Below, piece after piece: positions 43,883-56,157 of a DNA stretch of 64,000 nt. The DNA is from Antedon mediterranea (Eukaryota; Animalia; Echinodermata). A program made the position numbers and the translations under genes. How positions within the stretch are numbered: the stretch's first letter is position 1; every line of letters begins with the position of its first letter. The DNA is taken from contig NC_092675.1 in NCBI RefSeq assembly GCF_964355755.1, forward strand, positions 8,241,812 to 8,305,811, in the 5' to 3' direction. The notes under the pieces were generated by a model. That model had not been told where the DNA came from, did not search any database, and was given only the letters and a program-made list of their open reading frames with translations.

Positions 43883-45889
43883 ATGTTACTCCTCAAGAAC
43901 AGCCTGTTCTTTCTATTTGTAGTTATCGGAGTTGCTCATGTCCGAGCATTCCCTCAAACTCAAAGTAAGTTCTCTGTATATTTATTTTTCATTTTGATAC
44001 CATACCGCTACAATCCAGACTAAGTATAGTTATGCCATTATTACGATGTTTGGTGTTGTTTAAATTTAGTTCAGCTCATTAACAATAGTGCGATTTAAAC
44101 TTGTAAAAGTGCACTATCAATTGGAAGTGCTCTATGGTATCAATTAGGATAGTTGATTTACTTTAATAGTCTTTAAAACTTAATTTTAGTTTCTTGTTTG
44201 CTTATAAATAGTAATTGTTTATAGTTCCATGACTTAAAGAGACAGTGAACCTCTATAACTCACAATTTTATTTTATTTATTTTATGTCTTCAGGCAATGT
44301 GGCCAAGGATTACCAATAGTGAATTAATCACTGTCCTATCAGATAGGTGGTAATCCCCCTGATACAGGGGCTATTGTGTGAACCAGTTCACCGGGGTAAC
44401 CCCCTACTCTTTTTCGAATAATGAACTGGGTTTCTTTAAAGTACACACAGGTTATAACTGTGTACACTGGACCTACGGTTTATAGTCCTTATCCGAGAAG
44501 ACTTGTTCCACCACCAGAACTAGGAGCGAGTCGGCCTCGAACCCTCGCCGATGTTGTTGTTGGCTCTTTAGGTACAGTAAACGGCGCCCCTGCCTTAACC
44601 GCTCGGCCATATGACTCACTCAATCTAGAAGTTACAGTAATCTAAATTAGCCTTCCGTCTGTCTAAAATGTTATGTGTATAATATTGATATATATTTTTT
44701 TTTTTAGCATGTGATGTTTTTTAATAATTGCGAATTGTGGCATAACTTCATTTCTGGTGTCCAATATAATATATAGTATTGTTTGTCTGGTAATGTCTTA
44801 AAGATGTATACTTATACTGAATGCTTTTTTCATTCTTTTTTTCAATAGTAATATTAAAATAAAATAAACAAAACAAAATATTTCGTGACTTCGCCATGTT
44901 CGGTCGTATAATTAGGTGATCATTAAGAATAAAATGATCACCTATTGTTATTGTATGAAATCTTTATTGGTTATCCGCAACTTTTTTATTGTAACTTTAA
45001 AAAAAATCATAATTTATATACGGGGTCGGTCGACCGTATATGGAATAAAAATGGCTTTTTGCACAAGAAATTACGCGCGCACGTGCAAATTAAATTTTAT
45101 ATTGCGAAAATCAATTTCTATTTTCTGCGCGCTTCAGGTCATTCTAAACATTTAAACATTTTCGATTGTTTACGTTGCCCACGCAGCTCGTAAGCAGCAA
45201 CAATTGATGTTTTGCTTTTCATACAATCTGTAGTAGATTGCATTAATTTGGATGGATTTTAATTGCAAAATAACGGCGCACGTACACCTTGAACTTAGAA
45301 TAATTGTGTGCTAAAAATTGGGTAATTAAATGCAAATTTGTTAAAAATATATAATCGAATCCAACTAATATTACACAGTGTTAAATTATTTTTATATTAT
45401 AATATTTAAATGTTTAATTCTGTATCTTTTAACCTACCAGAGAATCCGACAAATCGTGGTGGTGATGGTGGTGGAGGGGGAGGATTTTGTTCAGCTAGAC
45501 CTGATGGCTTTTACCGAGAACCTGGATTATGTAACCAGTACATTGCCTGTTCTGGAGGCTCGCAAGTAGCAACATTGTGTCAAGGAAACTTAGCCTTCAA
45601 TGAAGTTAATAACCAATGTGCTCAAAATGTTCCTGAGGGTTGTGAAGATTTTGCCGCCGGCGGTGGAGATCCGGAATGCAATGAACTTCCTGACGGTAAC
45701 CCTACTGTTAAAGACATCTGTACTGCTATTGCATTGTCGTGCAGTGGAGGTTTTACCACTTACCAAGTCTGTCCCGATGGGAAAGTATACGATAGTGTAA
45801 ATGAATACTGTGATTTTCCTTCCAATGTCCCAGGATCCTCGGATGCCAGCTTTGTGGCTAATAACATCTTTTCAGTCAAAGAAATTTAG
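43883..45889 (+). CDS. Secreted peritrophin-like protein: signal peptide, Gly-rich linker, 2 CBM14 domains; exons 43883-43964 and 45441-45889
   Basis: Exon 1 MLLLKNSLFFLFVVIGVAHVRAFPQTQ, phase-1 GT-AG intron, then exon 2 FCSARPDGFYREPGLCNQYIACSGG..CQGNLAFN..C..C and ECNELPDG..C..SCSGG..VCPDGKVYD..YCDFPSNVPGS. Confidence 0.82.
44267..44617 (-). mobile_element. Full-length tRNA-derived Deu/Nin-like SINE in intron 1
   Basis: The minus strand has A box tggccgagcgg, B box gggttcgagg, core ggataaggactataaaccgtaggtcc, aagagtagggg and an (aaat)n tail. It is absent from the paralogous site at ~15860. Confidence 0.85.
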
Positions 45890-46936
45890 TAAGAAAGTTG
45901 AAAACCAACGTGATTTTGCTAATATTGTCTGCTTGATATTTTATGGTGGCGGTGAGATCTAACATATAAAATTGTTACTATCTAGATATCGTCAGTTCAG
46001 TCGATATAACATATTCACAATAGCGACTTTGGTAGTAGGTCAACGGATCTTTTCTCTCTTCACTCGTATTCTGATATGTCACCCTTAATAATTAATTTTT
46101 AACTCTTTGCCTTATTATATTGTTTTATTATTAATAAAGTATGTAACCAGGTTAAATAAAGATTAATAAGGTGTAAAATAAATAAATATTGTGTATGGAT
46201 TCATTACTATTATTATACAGTTTTGATTTTTCTTTTCCATGTAACAACGAACAAAGAATCAAAGACATAACTCAAGTGTAATTGTAAAAAATGACAACGA
46301 CGAATCATTTGCGCAACATGAGACAATTGAGACAAATAGAAATATCTAGTCATTAAACCAATAACAAGTTAAGTATGTGGAGAATATATGACTTAAAACA
46401 TCGACAATCAAATTAAACATTTAGGATTGATTAAAATTGCTCACTGAATGTTATTTTTATTTTAATGATGATGACGACATTATAGTTTAGTAATTGTCGG
46501 CGCAACGGTAAAATAAAACAACTACTAAATGTATATAGTAAACTATGCAATTTATTCCAAGTGAATCAAGTGAGGATTCTCAATAAATAGATAAAATATA
46601 CAATATACAATGTTTGATAAGACAATGCAATAAAACGGTGTAGCTACATGACTAGTTGAGAAAAGAGTGTGTTAATAATGTGGTCAGTGCATGATAATAT
46701 TGGGCTTGGCCCATCTCATCTGACCAATTAGGATTAAGAGAATTAATGTGGTTTTCTGTTAGAGTCATTAACATTCTTAAAATCCATTAGCTATAAAAGT
46801 GAAGGTAACCTGTCAATGTGAGGTTAAATAAAGAGATATATAGAGGATGTATAAATAATCAAATTAAAAGTAAATGTTGAATTGTTTAAAAGCTATGTGG
46901 TAGGTTTGCTACAGGAGCCCCCTTCCAGTGAAAGAA

Positions 46937-49890
46937 TTAATGATAGAACAAGACAAAACGTTGAGGGAAATGAACATGTCTACCAGAACGAGTAGTACGG
47001 GGAGGGGTTGCCAAAATGGGTGAAGGGTTGTTTGGTTTGACTAGGGGTGATACTTGTAGCTTGGGAGTGAGGGTTTGCTCTTGGCTTTTAAATATATCAG
47101 TATCCAAATGAGCTACCTTTAAGCGATCAATACTGACTGTGTCCTGTCGACCATTTAGATCGAGAACAAAGTGTTTGTCTGTTCGACTTAATACCTTAAA
47201 TGGACCATCATATGGACGTTGTAAGGGTTTTCGAACAGAGTCCTTTCGAACAAAAACATGGGTACAATTAAATATTTCTTGATTGATATAGGATTTACGG
47301 TTAGAGTTGGTGCGGGTAGGGGTGGGACGTAGTTTACTCATATTATCACGCAATCTATCAATATAATCAGAATAATCACAATGTTCGAAGTTTGAATTAA
47401 AGAATTGTCCAGGTAATCTTAAAGTAGTGCCATAAACAAGTTCAGCTGCACTATGACCTAGATCAGCCTTAAAGGCTGTACGAATGCCTAAAAGTACTAT
47501 AGGTAAATGTTCTGTCCATTTAGTGTGATCATTATGTGCTTTGAGAGAACCCTTCAAATGTCGATGAAAATGTTCTACAAGTCCGTTCGCAATAGGATGG
47601 TATGCAGTTGTATGAATGTGCTTAGTTCCTAGTAAGTTGGCGAATGAATGAAATAATGCAGATTCAAATTGTCTTCCTCGATCTGTTGTAATGGTTGAAG
47701 GTATTCCGAATGAAGCGATCCATCGATTGACAAATGCGTGTGCGACAGTATTGGCTGTGATATCCGGAATAGGTACGGCTTCGGGCCATCGAGTAAAACG
47801 ATCGATACAAGTGAGTAAATAAGAAAAACCATTTGACGGGGGGAGAGGTCCAACAATATCTATATGTACATGGTCAAAACGGGCGTCAGGTGTAGAAAAG
47901 GTAGAGAGTGGCAAAACGGTGTGCCGGTGTACTTTGGACATTGAATGCATGTTTGAGATCATCGTCGTACATCACGATTGATTGCTGGCCATACAAAACG
48001 GTCAGTAATTAAACGTTGTGTTGCTCGTATACCAGGATGTGATAGCGAATGTAGAGTGTCAAATATTATGCGTCTGAATTCTTGTGGGATATATGGACGT
48101 GGATTGCCTTTGGAAATATCACAAAGAACTGTAGAGTTAGAAGTTGGAATTGGAAAGTTTTGAAATTGAAGTGAAGACGGTTGTTCAAGTAGCTTGTGCA
48201 ATTCATCGTCATTCTTTTGTGCAGCAGCAATAAGACTGAAATCAACAATGTTAGTTGTGTTGTGACTGAAAGTATTAAGTTCGATTCGCGACAATGCATC
48301 AGCTGCTGCATTAGCTTTTCCACTCACATGGCGTATGTCCGTTGTGAATTGAGATATGAAATCGAGATGACGGATTTCGCGTGGCGAGTGACGATTTGGT
48401 TTGGCGAGTAAAGCATACACAAGTGGCTTATGGTCAGTAAAAATATGAAATGAGCGTCCTTAAATTGAATGACGAAAATGTTTAACTGAAAGGTATGCCG
48501 CCAAAAGTTCACGACCAAATGTGCTGTATCGCGTCTGCGCTGGTTTCAACTTCTGTGAGAAAAATGAAATAGGTTGCCAATTGTTGGCAATGCGTTGTTG
48601 TAGTATACCCCCTATGGCCACATCCGAAGCGTCAACCATGATACTTAAAGGTGCATCTGGCTGCGGATGGGTGAGAAGTGTAGCACTTGCGAGTGCGACT
48701 TTAATATTATTAAATCCCAATAAAGCTGCGTCGGTCCATACCAGATCCTGTTTCTTACCACCTGCCCCAACAAGTAGAGCTGTGACAGGTTGTAAAATTT
48801 GGGCACACTGCGGTATAAATCGCCTATAAAAGTTATAAGTCCAAGGTATTCACGTAGTTTGCGTAAAGAAGTTGGTTGTGGAAAGTTTTGTATCGCTTCT
48901 ACCTTTACTTGAAGTAGTCGGATACCTTGCGAATCAACATGATGTCCAAGAAACTCGAGTGACGAAACTCCAAATTTGCATTTCGCTGGGTTGAGAACAA
49001 CGCCATACTCATTAAGACGTGTGAATAGTTGATGAAGATGAGTTTTGTATTCCTCGGCGTTGGAACTTGCAACAAGCAGGTCGGATCGTCGATATAAGCG
49101 TAGCAAAAATCCAATCCACGAGTTACCTGATCAATAAAACGTTGAAAAGTTTGAGCGGCATTGCGGAGGCCAAATGGCATTCTAACAAATTCAAAAAGTC
49201 CAAATGGTGTAGTAATTGCAGTTTTATGAACATCAGCAGGCTCAACTGGTATCTGATGGTAAGCTCGAACGAGATCAATCTTAGAAAATATAGTGGATCC
49301 GTGCAGAGATGCTGTAAAATCGTGCATGTATGGGATAGGATACCGATCTGCAACAGTAGCATTGTTCAATGCGCGATAATCCCCACAGGGACGCCAATCC
49401 CCAGGAGTTTTCTTAGGCACCATATGTAAAGGTGATGCCCAGTTACTTTTAGAGGGGCGTATAATTCCCAGCTGCATCATGTGTTCAAATTCATGTCTGG
49501 CTGTTTTGCAGCGGTCATGTGCGAGCCGTCGAGGATGTGACGAAATTGGTGGACCATGGGTCTGAATATGATGTGTCACATCGTGTTTTAGCGACGCTTC
49601 CTGATAACAAGGGCGTGTAATGTTTGTAAGAATGTAGTCCCAATTGGACTTAGCTTCAAGGGTGGTAAATATAAGACCGAGAGGCGAAGTTTTGGATGCG
49701 ACACCTTGAATACTCAGGTTGGTGGTAGTGTCAATGAGTCGTCGATTATTCATATCGACTAACAGTCCAAAATGTCTTAAAAAATCAGCCCCTATGATGG
49801 GGTGTGTGACGTCTGCAACAACAAATAACCATTGAGATGTTCGTCTCAAACCTAAGTCTAAGGTTACAGAGCGATGTCCATAAGTGTTGA
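46937..49890 (-). pseudogene. pol: Gypsy pol (RT, RNase H, integrase) with frameshifts
   Basis: ORF-track fragments 48905-49849, 48645-49106, 48460-48720, 47959-48420 and 46937-47962 carry successive pol motifs. Confidence 0.9.
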
Positions 49891-49891
49891 T

Positions 49892-50495
49892 AGATGGATG
49901 CGGGTATGACTATGATTTCTCATATCTCAAAAACTATTTCTACGTCGTCTTTTCACTTACGAAACATCCAAAGGATTCGAAACTTTATTAATGAGGCAGC
50001 AGCTAAACAACTTGTTCATGCTTTTGTCACTTCACGACTGGATATGGGAAACTCATTGCATGCTATATGGGCTACCACAAAAACAACTCCACAGGCTTCA
50101 GCTAATTCAAAATACAGCGGCACGAGTTGTTAAAGAACTACCAAGATATGCACACATATCAAATACCTTGGAAACTTTGCATTGACTTCCTGTTAGGTAC
50201 CGCATTGTTTTTAAAATATTACTCTTTGTTTTTAAGTCTATTAATGGCATGGCTCTTGAATATATTTCTGACATGCTTAGGATGTATGTTCCCAGACGGA
50301 ATCTGCGTTCTAGTGATACGCTGCTTCTACATCAACCAAAGTCTCACCACTCATGGGGAGACAGAGCTTTCACCGTTACTGCTCCTCGTCTATGGAATGC
50401 TCTACCGAGCTCTATCAGATTTTGCAAAACTGTTGATACTTTTAAAAAATTATTAAAAACACATTTATTCATTAAGGCATATGGAAATCATGAGG
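49892..50495 (+). mobile_element. L2 LINE 3' fragment inserted in the Gypsy gag-pol junction
   Basis: SFHLRNIQRIR..LVHAFVTSRLD..LQLIQNTAARVV..LH*LPV..GDRAFTVTAPRLWNALP..FKKLLKTHLF. Confidence 0.88.
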
Positions 50496-50500
50496 TTTCT

Positions 50501-51289
50501 TTAAAGTTGAGCAGGAGGTGAATGCCTACTACTCGATCGATTTCGATGTCGACTTGTGCTGCGACTTTGATATCTGTTGTGCCGTCGGTCAGATTTCAAG
50601 GAATTAACTTGTGTGGACAGTTGTTGAAACTGTTTTTGCAGGTTTTCAAGGGTCGTAGACAAGGCTGTATTGTCCGTGTGCACTTGTTGGCGCAGTTGCA
50701 GTTACAGAGACTTCAATAATTTTGTCAGCCAATGATGTCAAACTTCCCAGGTCCAACTCATCCTTGGTTGAAGCTAGGATAAGCTGTACATTAGTTGGGA
50801 GGCGACTTAAGAATAGTTGTTTCATAATTGAAGATTCGAGTGGCCTGTCGACTAAGAGTTGTAACATCCGTCGGTATAATTGCGACGGTTTCCTATCCCC
50901 AACTCCTCGGCCGTCAGGAGTTGGCGGAGGCGCTGTTGGTCGGAGTCAGTTTTCCGACGTATTAAGGTATCTTTCAAGTTCACATACCTGTTATCAGTAG
51001 GCGGGTTGAGTAGATCCCGAACTTCCTGCGCAATTTCAGGTTGCAATGATCCGACTAAGTAAGCGTATTTTGTAGCATCTACTGTAATCCCACGCGTTGT
51101 GAACTGTGCTTCCACTTGGGTGAACCACAATATCGGATCATTGGGCCAGTATGGAGGCAGTTTCAACGCTACAGAAGAAATTGGCCTGTTGACGGTTGCT
51201 GCGTCATGAGCGGGCACCACAGGTTGTTCCTGGTGCTGGGGTTGTGCTGGAGGTTGCGGTAGCTGTCGTTGTTGCTATTGTTCTTCCAT
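50501..51289 (-). pseudogene. gag: Gypsy gag (frameshifted, C-terminus deleted)
   Basis: VALKLPPYWPNDPILWFTQVEAQF..LLTAEELG..LFLSRLPTNVQLIL..LADKIIEV..RSSSRHSPP. Confidence 0.85.
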
Positions 51290-54200
51290 TTTAAGTTAAA
51301 TTTGGTATAAGAAAGTCGAGGGTCACCACTTTAGTATGGATGAATGACACTCTCAGTTCCATGCTTCTTTAGTCGGGGTCACCACTTTAGTAATTGTCGG
51401 CGCAACGGTAAAATAAAACAACTACTAAATGTATACAGTAAACTATGCAATTTATTCCAAGTGAATCAAGTGAGGATTCTCAATAAATAAATAAAATATA
51501 CAATATACAATGTTTGATAAGACAATGCATTAAAACGGTGTAGCTACATGACTAGTTGAGAAAAGAGTGTGTTAATAATGTGGTCAGTGCATGATAATAT
51601 TGAGCTTGGCCCATCTCATCTGACCAATTAGGATTAAGAGAATTAATGTGTTTTTCTGTTAGAGTTATTAACATTCTTAAAATCCATTAGCTAGAAAAGT
51701 GAAGGTAACCTGTCAATGTGAGGTTAAATAAAGAGATATATAGAGGATGTATAAATAATCAAATTAAAAGTAAATGTTGAATTGTTTGAAAGCTATGTGG
51801 TAGGTCTGCTACAATAGTAAAGTCTATTTTAGGTCGAAGTATTAAATCGAGAATTGTCTCAGTCGCATTGCTTTGAATAAGGTATGTATTCTAATAAGTA
51901 ATTTTCCTTTTTCAAACTTTATTATTTCAACATAATTTCTATTTGTCAAAATAGATCTATATATTGTTCACTTAAAGCAGGGAAAAGTAAATGTAATTTA
52001 ACTCTTCCCTGCTTAAAGAAAATGAAGAAATAAAAATCACAAAGTATACTTTACTGCATATTGATTATAAAAGAGACGTGACGTAACCGGGCTCCGGGCC
52101 AATACACAAGTTAAATCAAACTGGACTATAGAAACCATTGTGTAAAGGCCAACTCAGAAGCTAAATATAAACAAGGTAATTGCAGTATACAAAAATGTTT
52201 CAATAACATTTTAAATAGCACTTTGAATGATAGTAATGATAAATTGATGATTATTATTTTTGCATTATTGTTTGTTTTGGAGTTGGATAGACACACTCTT
52301 GGATATTTGTCATTGACAACTCTTTTCACGTCTTCGTGCTATTAGTTTATATTTCGCTGAAAAAAATAAATAAATAAGTATGTCCATTTTCTATTTCAAA
52401 ATAATAATAAAATCGTACCTTTCAACTACATTTTTCGACAATGGTGAAGAAAATAAATAGGAACTCTAAGTCTACTTCTGAGTTGTTTATGTATATAATA
52501 TCATATTTTGAAATAGTTTAATATAATTTTGTATTTATTTAATTAATCACAGTCTTGTGAAATACAAGACCAGCCAATTCTGGCTTATGAGTGAATATAT
52601 AGAATAACAATTATAAATAGACACGGATTAAAAACATCAAATAAAATAACTACGTTTAAACAGACTTACTACAAATAACCTCATTGTTTTCCTTTTTTTT
52701 TTCTTTTACCGAGTAGAAGGCGAAAAAAGTGTATATGTAAATAAATATGTTATAAACTACTTGTTAAAAACAATGGACTGGCATAAGGAGAGCAATTGAT
52801 AGGCACATTTAGCAACTGTAGAACAGTGGTTGCCATCACACATAAATTTGTTAGATCTGAAAAGGATATGATATGTAATGTTATACAAATAATGAATTTT
52901 TATGAGTGGAAATGTACAAATAACGTAATGAAGCGAATGATGAAAGGTTATATTTCCAAAAACACTTCACACAAAACGCTCCCCTGATGTATTTGTGTCC
53001 AATATCTGTCTTTTTCTATCCAATTGTATTTTGAGATACCTATAATGTAATATAGCCAGGAATATCTATGTCTCCCTCTATCCTATCCATGCCATCCCTT
53101 GATTGATTCAGGTCGGTCCTCGACATGGCTTGTTATTTTTCCTTTTAATAAATACTTCCTCATAAAGGCCAGATCCGGAAAACATGTATTTCTGTTCATC
53201 GTGTTCATGAGTCTTTATAGTAATATTCAACCGTGTTTCCGGGTTTAATACGTAACTGGAATATTTTAAACACACAATTTTAAATTATTCCTTAAAAGCA
53301 AAAAGGTTAATAAAACCTGAAATTATGCTGGTTTTCTAAAATAATGGTTGCCAACAACTAAAAAATGTTTATTTATGCGCTAGGCCTAGTAAAACTCCTT
53401 AATATTTGTATTATATATGTATTAAACTCACTTTTCTACCGTTTAATTTATTGCAATCATTATTTATCTACCTTTTTTTATTTTATTTCTGATAAAAATA
53501 AAAATGATAATATTATATGGATTTTTTAATGTATTGCATCATGGAAAATATTATGAAATTCAATCATATATATATTAATATGTATACGAATTCGCTGACT
53601 TGTCTACTATCGTAAGCATACTCAGGAAACATACAAAGCTTAAATTGGCAGGAAATTCTAACCTAACTATTTAATAGTTCCTGAAACAATCTACATGTAT
53701 TGTAACTAGTTTTAAAATGGAGGTAATACTTCTTATATGATGTGCGTGTGTGTCATTTGTGTGAAATTAATTCCAAAATATTGTATTGATAAAATTAAAA
53801 AATAGTAACTTTAATATTATTGATTTATCGATAGGTGTATTTTTTTAGTTATCTACAAAGTTAACTTTTTCTATATGTAACCATCATAAGTTTGTTTATT
53901 ACAAACACGATGAAACAACTATATATAGGCCTAAGCCTATTATATGTAGAAAAGTTGACAGGATCAACATTAAATTGTTCATCTTCAAATGTTTAACGGT
54001 GTCTCGGATAATACAATCCACTACGTCACACTTCACATTCAAATAAAATTAATACATTTAACAACAAAAATGTTCAAAATATAATAAGTTAATAATTTTC
54101 AGTTTTTCCGGTTGAATCATGGCCAAAAACGTTTTATGCCGGTTTAAAGAACGAGACATCGTGATCAAATAACTTTTAATTTGCACCACGTGACCAATTA

Positions 54201-56157
54201 TCACTATCATAGCCTACAGCTTAACAATAAATACACTTAACTATTGTTTGAACAGATAATAATATACACTGATAACAGTGAGTGATCATAGGAAACAACG
54301 TAAATATGCCTGCGGTTAATGATAAATTTACGATTAAACAATCTTCGTTGATTATAAATCGTATGATAGTAATTAAAACCTAGATTCAAGTTATACTTGC
54401 TATTTATTATACTAAGTATAAATGAAACAAATAAACACAATATTTAACTTGAAGGCGAACTTTCATTTTTTCAGAGAATGGTTTAGATTTGAATTTCATA
54501 TTGTATATACTGTATAACATTTTATTTGTAACATATTTTGTTGGCGATCGTGTTTTTTCCCCTCTTCTTCTTTTATTATTATCTTAAATCATTGCGGCTG
54601 CCGTCCTGGTCACTCAAGTTTCAATTTACATATTCATTAGGTTTAATTGACTTATCGACCAATAAGATTGTTTGAGCCAAATTTGACGGTCGGTTGCACT
54701 TACAGCATTTGCGTAGGCCTACTTTTGGTAGACTTCCGCAAAACAACGAAGTTACTATCTTCAAGAAGATAAGAAAAAGGTAGTACAATTATCAAATGGC
54801 CATCCTCAAAATATTTGTTTTGGTAATATTCTGTGTTTTTTCGGTTGTCAATGGTAAGTTGTTTTATTATTAGTATAAGCATCAGGTTACCGTGTAGTGT
54901 TAGCTTAGCTTATTAGATACAGTATGAGTGGTAGACGAGGCGAATATGATAATGTCTTCCTTGACCCAAACAACATGTGCCTCTACTAGCCTACTAAGGT
55001 ACTCTGATTTCAGCTTTGGTATATTCTCTGTTGAACCAGGAAATAAACTCAAAATTGTAATCAACGTCGTTTTCAAATTAAAGCTCTAAATGTTGGATCT
55101 AGTTTAAAATATAAATGTGTGGTCAAAAACTACAATATTTGTTTTATTGTTAATGTTATAAATATAACATTTTGCATAAATTAAATCAAAATAGAATTAT
55201 ATATGTTTTTGGATATTACATTGAGTGTTAGGCCTATATAATCGTTTAATTATTCGATATTAAGACCCTGTAGCACCACTTTATATTGACATTTCTTATT
55301 TCACAAAATTCGTTCTGCTAAATCACTGTATATACATCTTTTATCACTGTTTATTTACAACATTGCAAAATGACCTGATGCAAAACCTTGTAACCAGGGA
55401 AGAGTGTACTTTCATCTGCTGTTACTATGATTCCATATATAGATGAATCTACATGTCTATCATGAAAACAATTTAAAACATATAGTTTAAAATGTCATTA
55501 GTGAAATTCATGTCGAAGAAATACTATTATTGCAGAAATTGATTTTTTTATATACTTTTTATCGTGCAATAACACAAACAAATGTGATTTTTCAGAACAC
55601 AATTGTTTTACATGCTCATATTTATTCTTTGATGCTACATGAGGTTTTGCTACATGCACAATTTTGAAACCAAAATCAGTGTGAAATCCTAGAAAAGGTC
55701 ACCAAAACCATGACAAAACCTTGTATGCCATTTTAAAATATAAAATAATCCAAAATACGTATTAACAACAAAATTGTATTCATTATATTTTATCAAAAAC
55801 TGGGGTATTTTTACAATTCATTATTAATTTACAACACATAGGCCTATACAAAAAACATAAGACAAAGATTTTGTGTCCTGTAAATTTTGTGAGGTAATAG
55901 GTATATGGTAAAGATGAGAAAATCTTGAAGAAAAAAAATAATAAACTGTTATCATTCTGTTATTTGAACTTGGTGTAGATGGATTACTGTCTTTTGTATT
56001 ACTTTGGCTTCACATTACACTTACAGTATTTAAATCTGATATTCGATGCAGCACTTACACTATTTATATACTGTATCCTCATCCAGATGATAATATTGTA
56101 CACAAAATTATTATTTTTTTTTTATATAAAGAGAATGTTTTTTACATTTGTTTAAAG

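Larger units (their letters stand above)
46486..51813 (-). mobile_element. Ty3/Gypsy LTR retrotransposon (defective), gag-PR-RT-RH-INT order
   Basis: 428-bp LTRs at 46486-46913 and 51386-51813 (about 9 substitutions by eye); TSD atag (46482-46485, 51814-51817); PBS tggtgaccccgac (tRNA-Trp); PPT ggaaggggg. Gag [56 protein letters not shown]. Confidence 0.95.

Noticed and set aside
54923-56030. Candidate first (signal-peptide) exons for the Tie-like gene near 54923-54998 and 55979-56025
   Set aside because: Neither gives a convincing ATG, hydrophobic core and phase-1 donor together.
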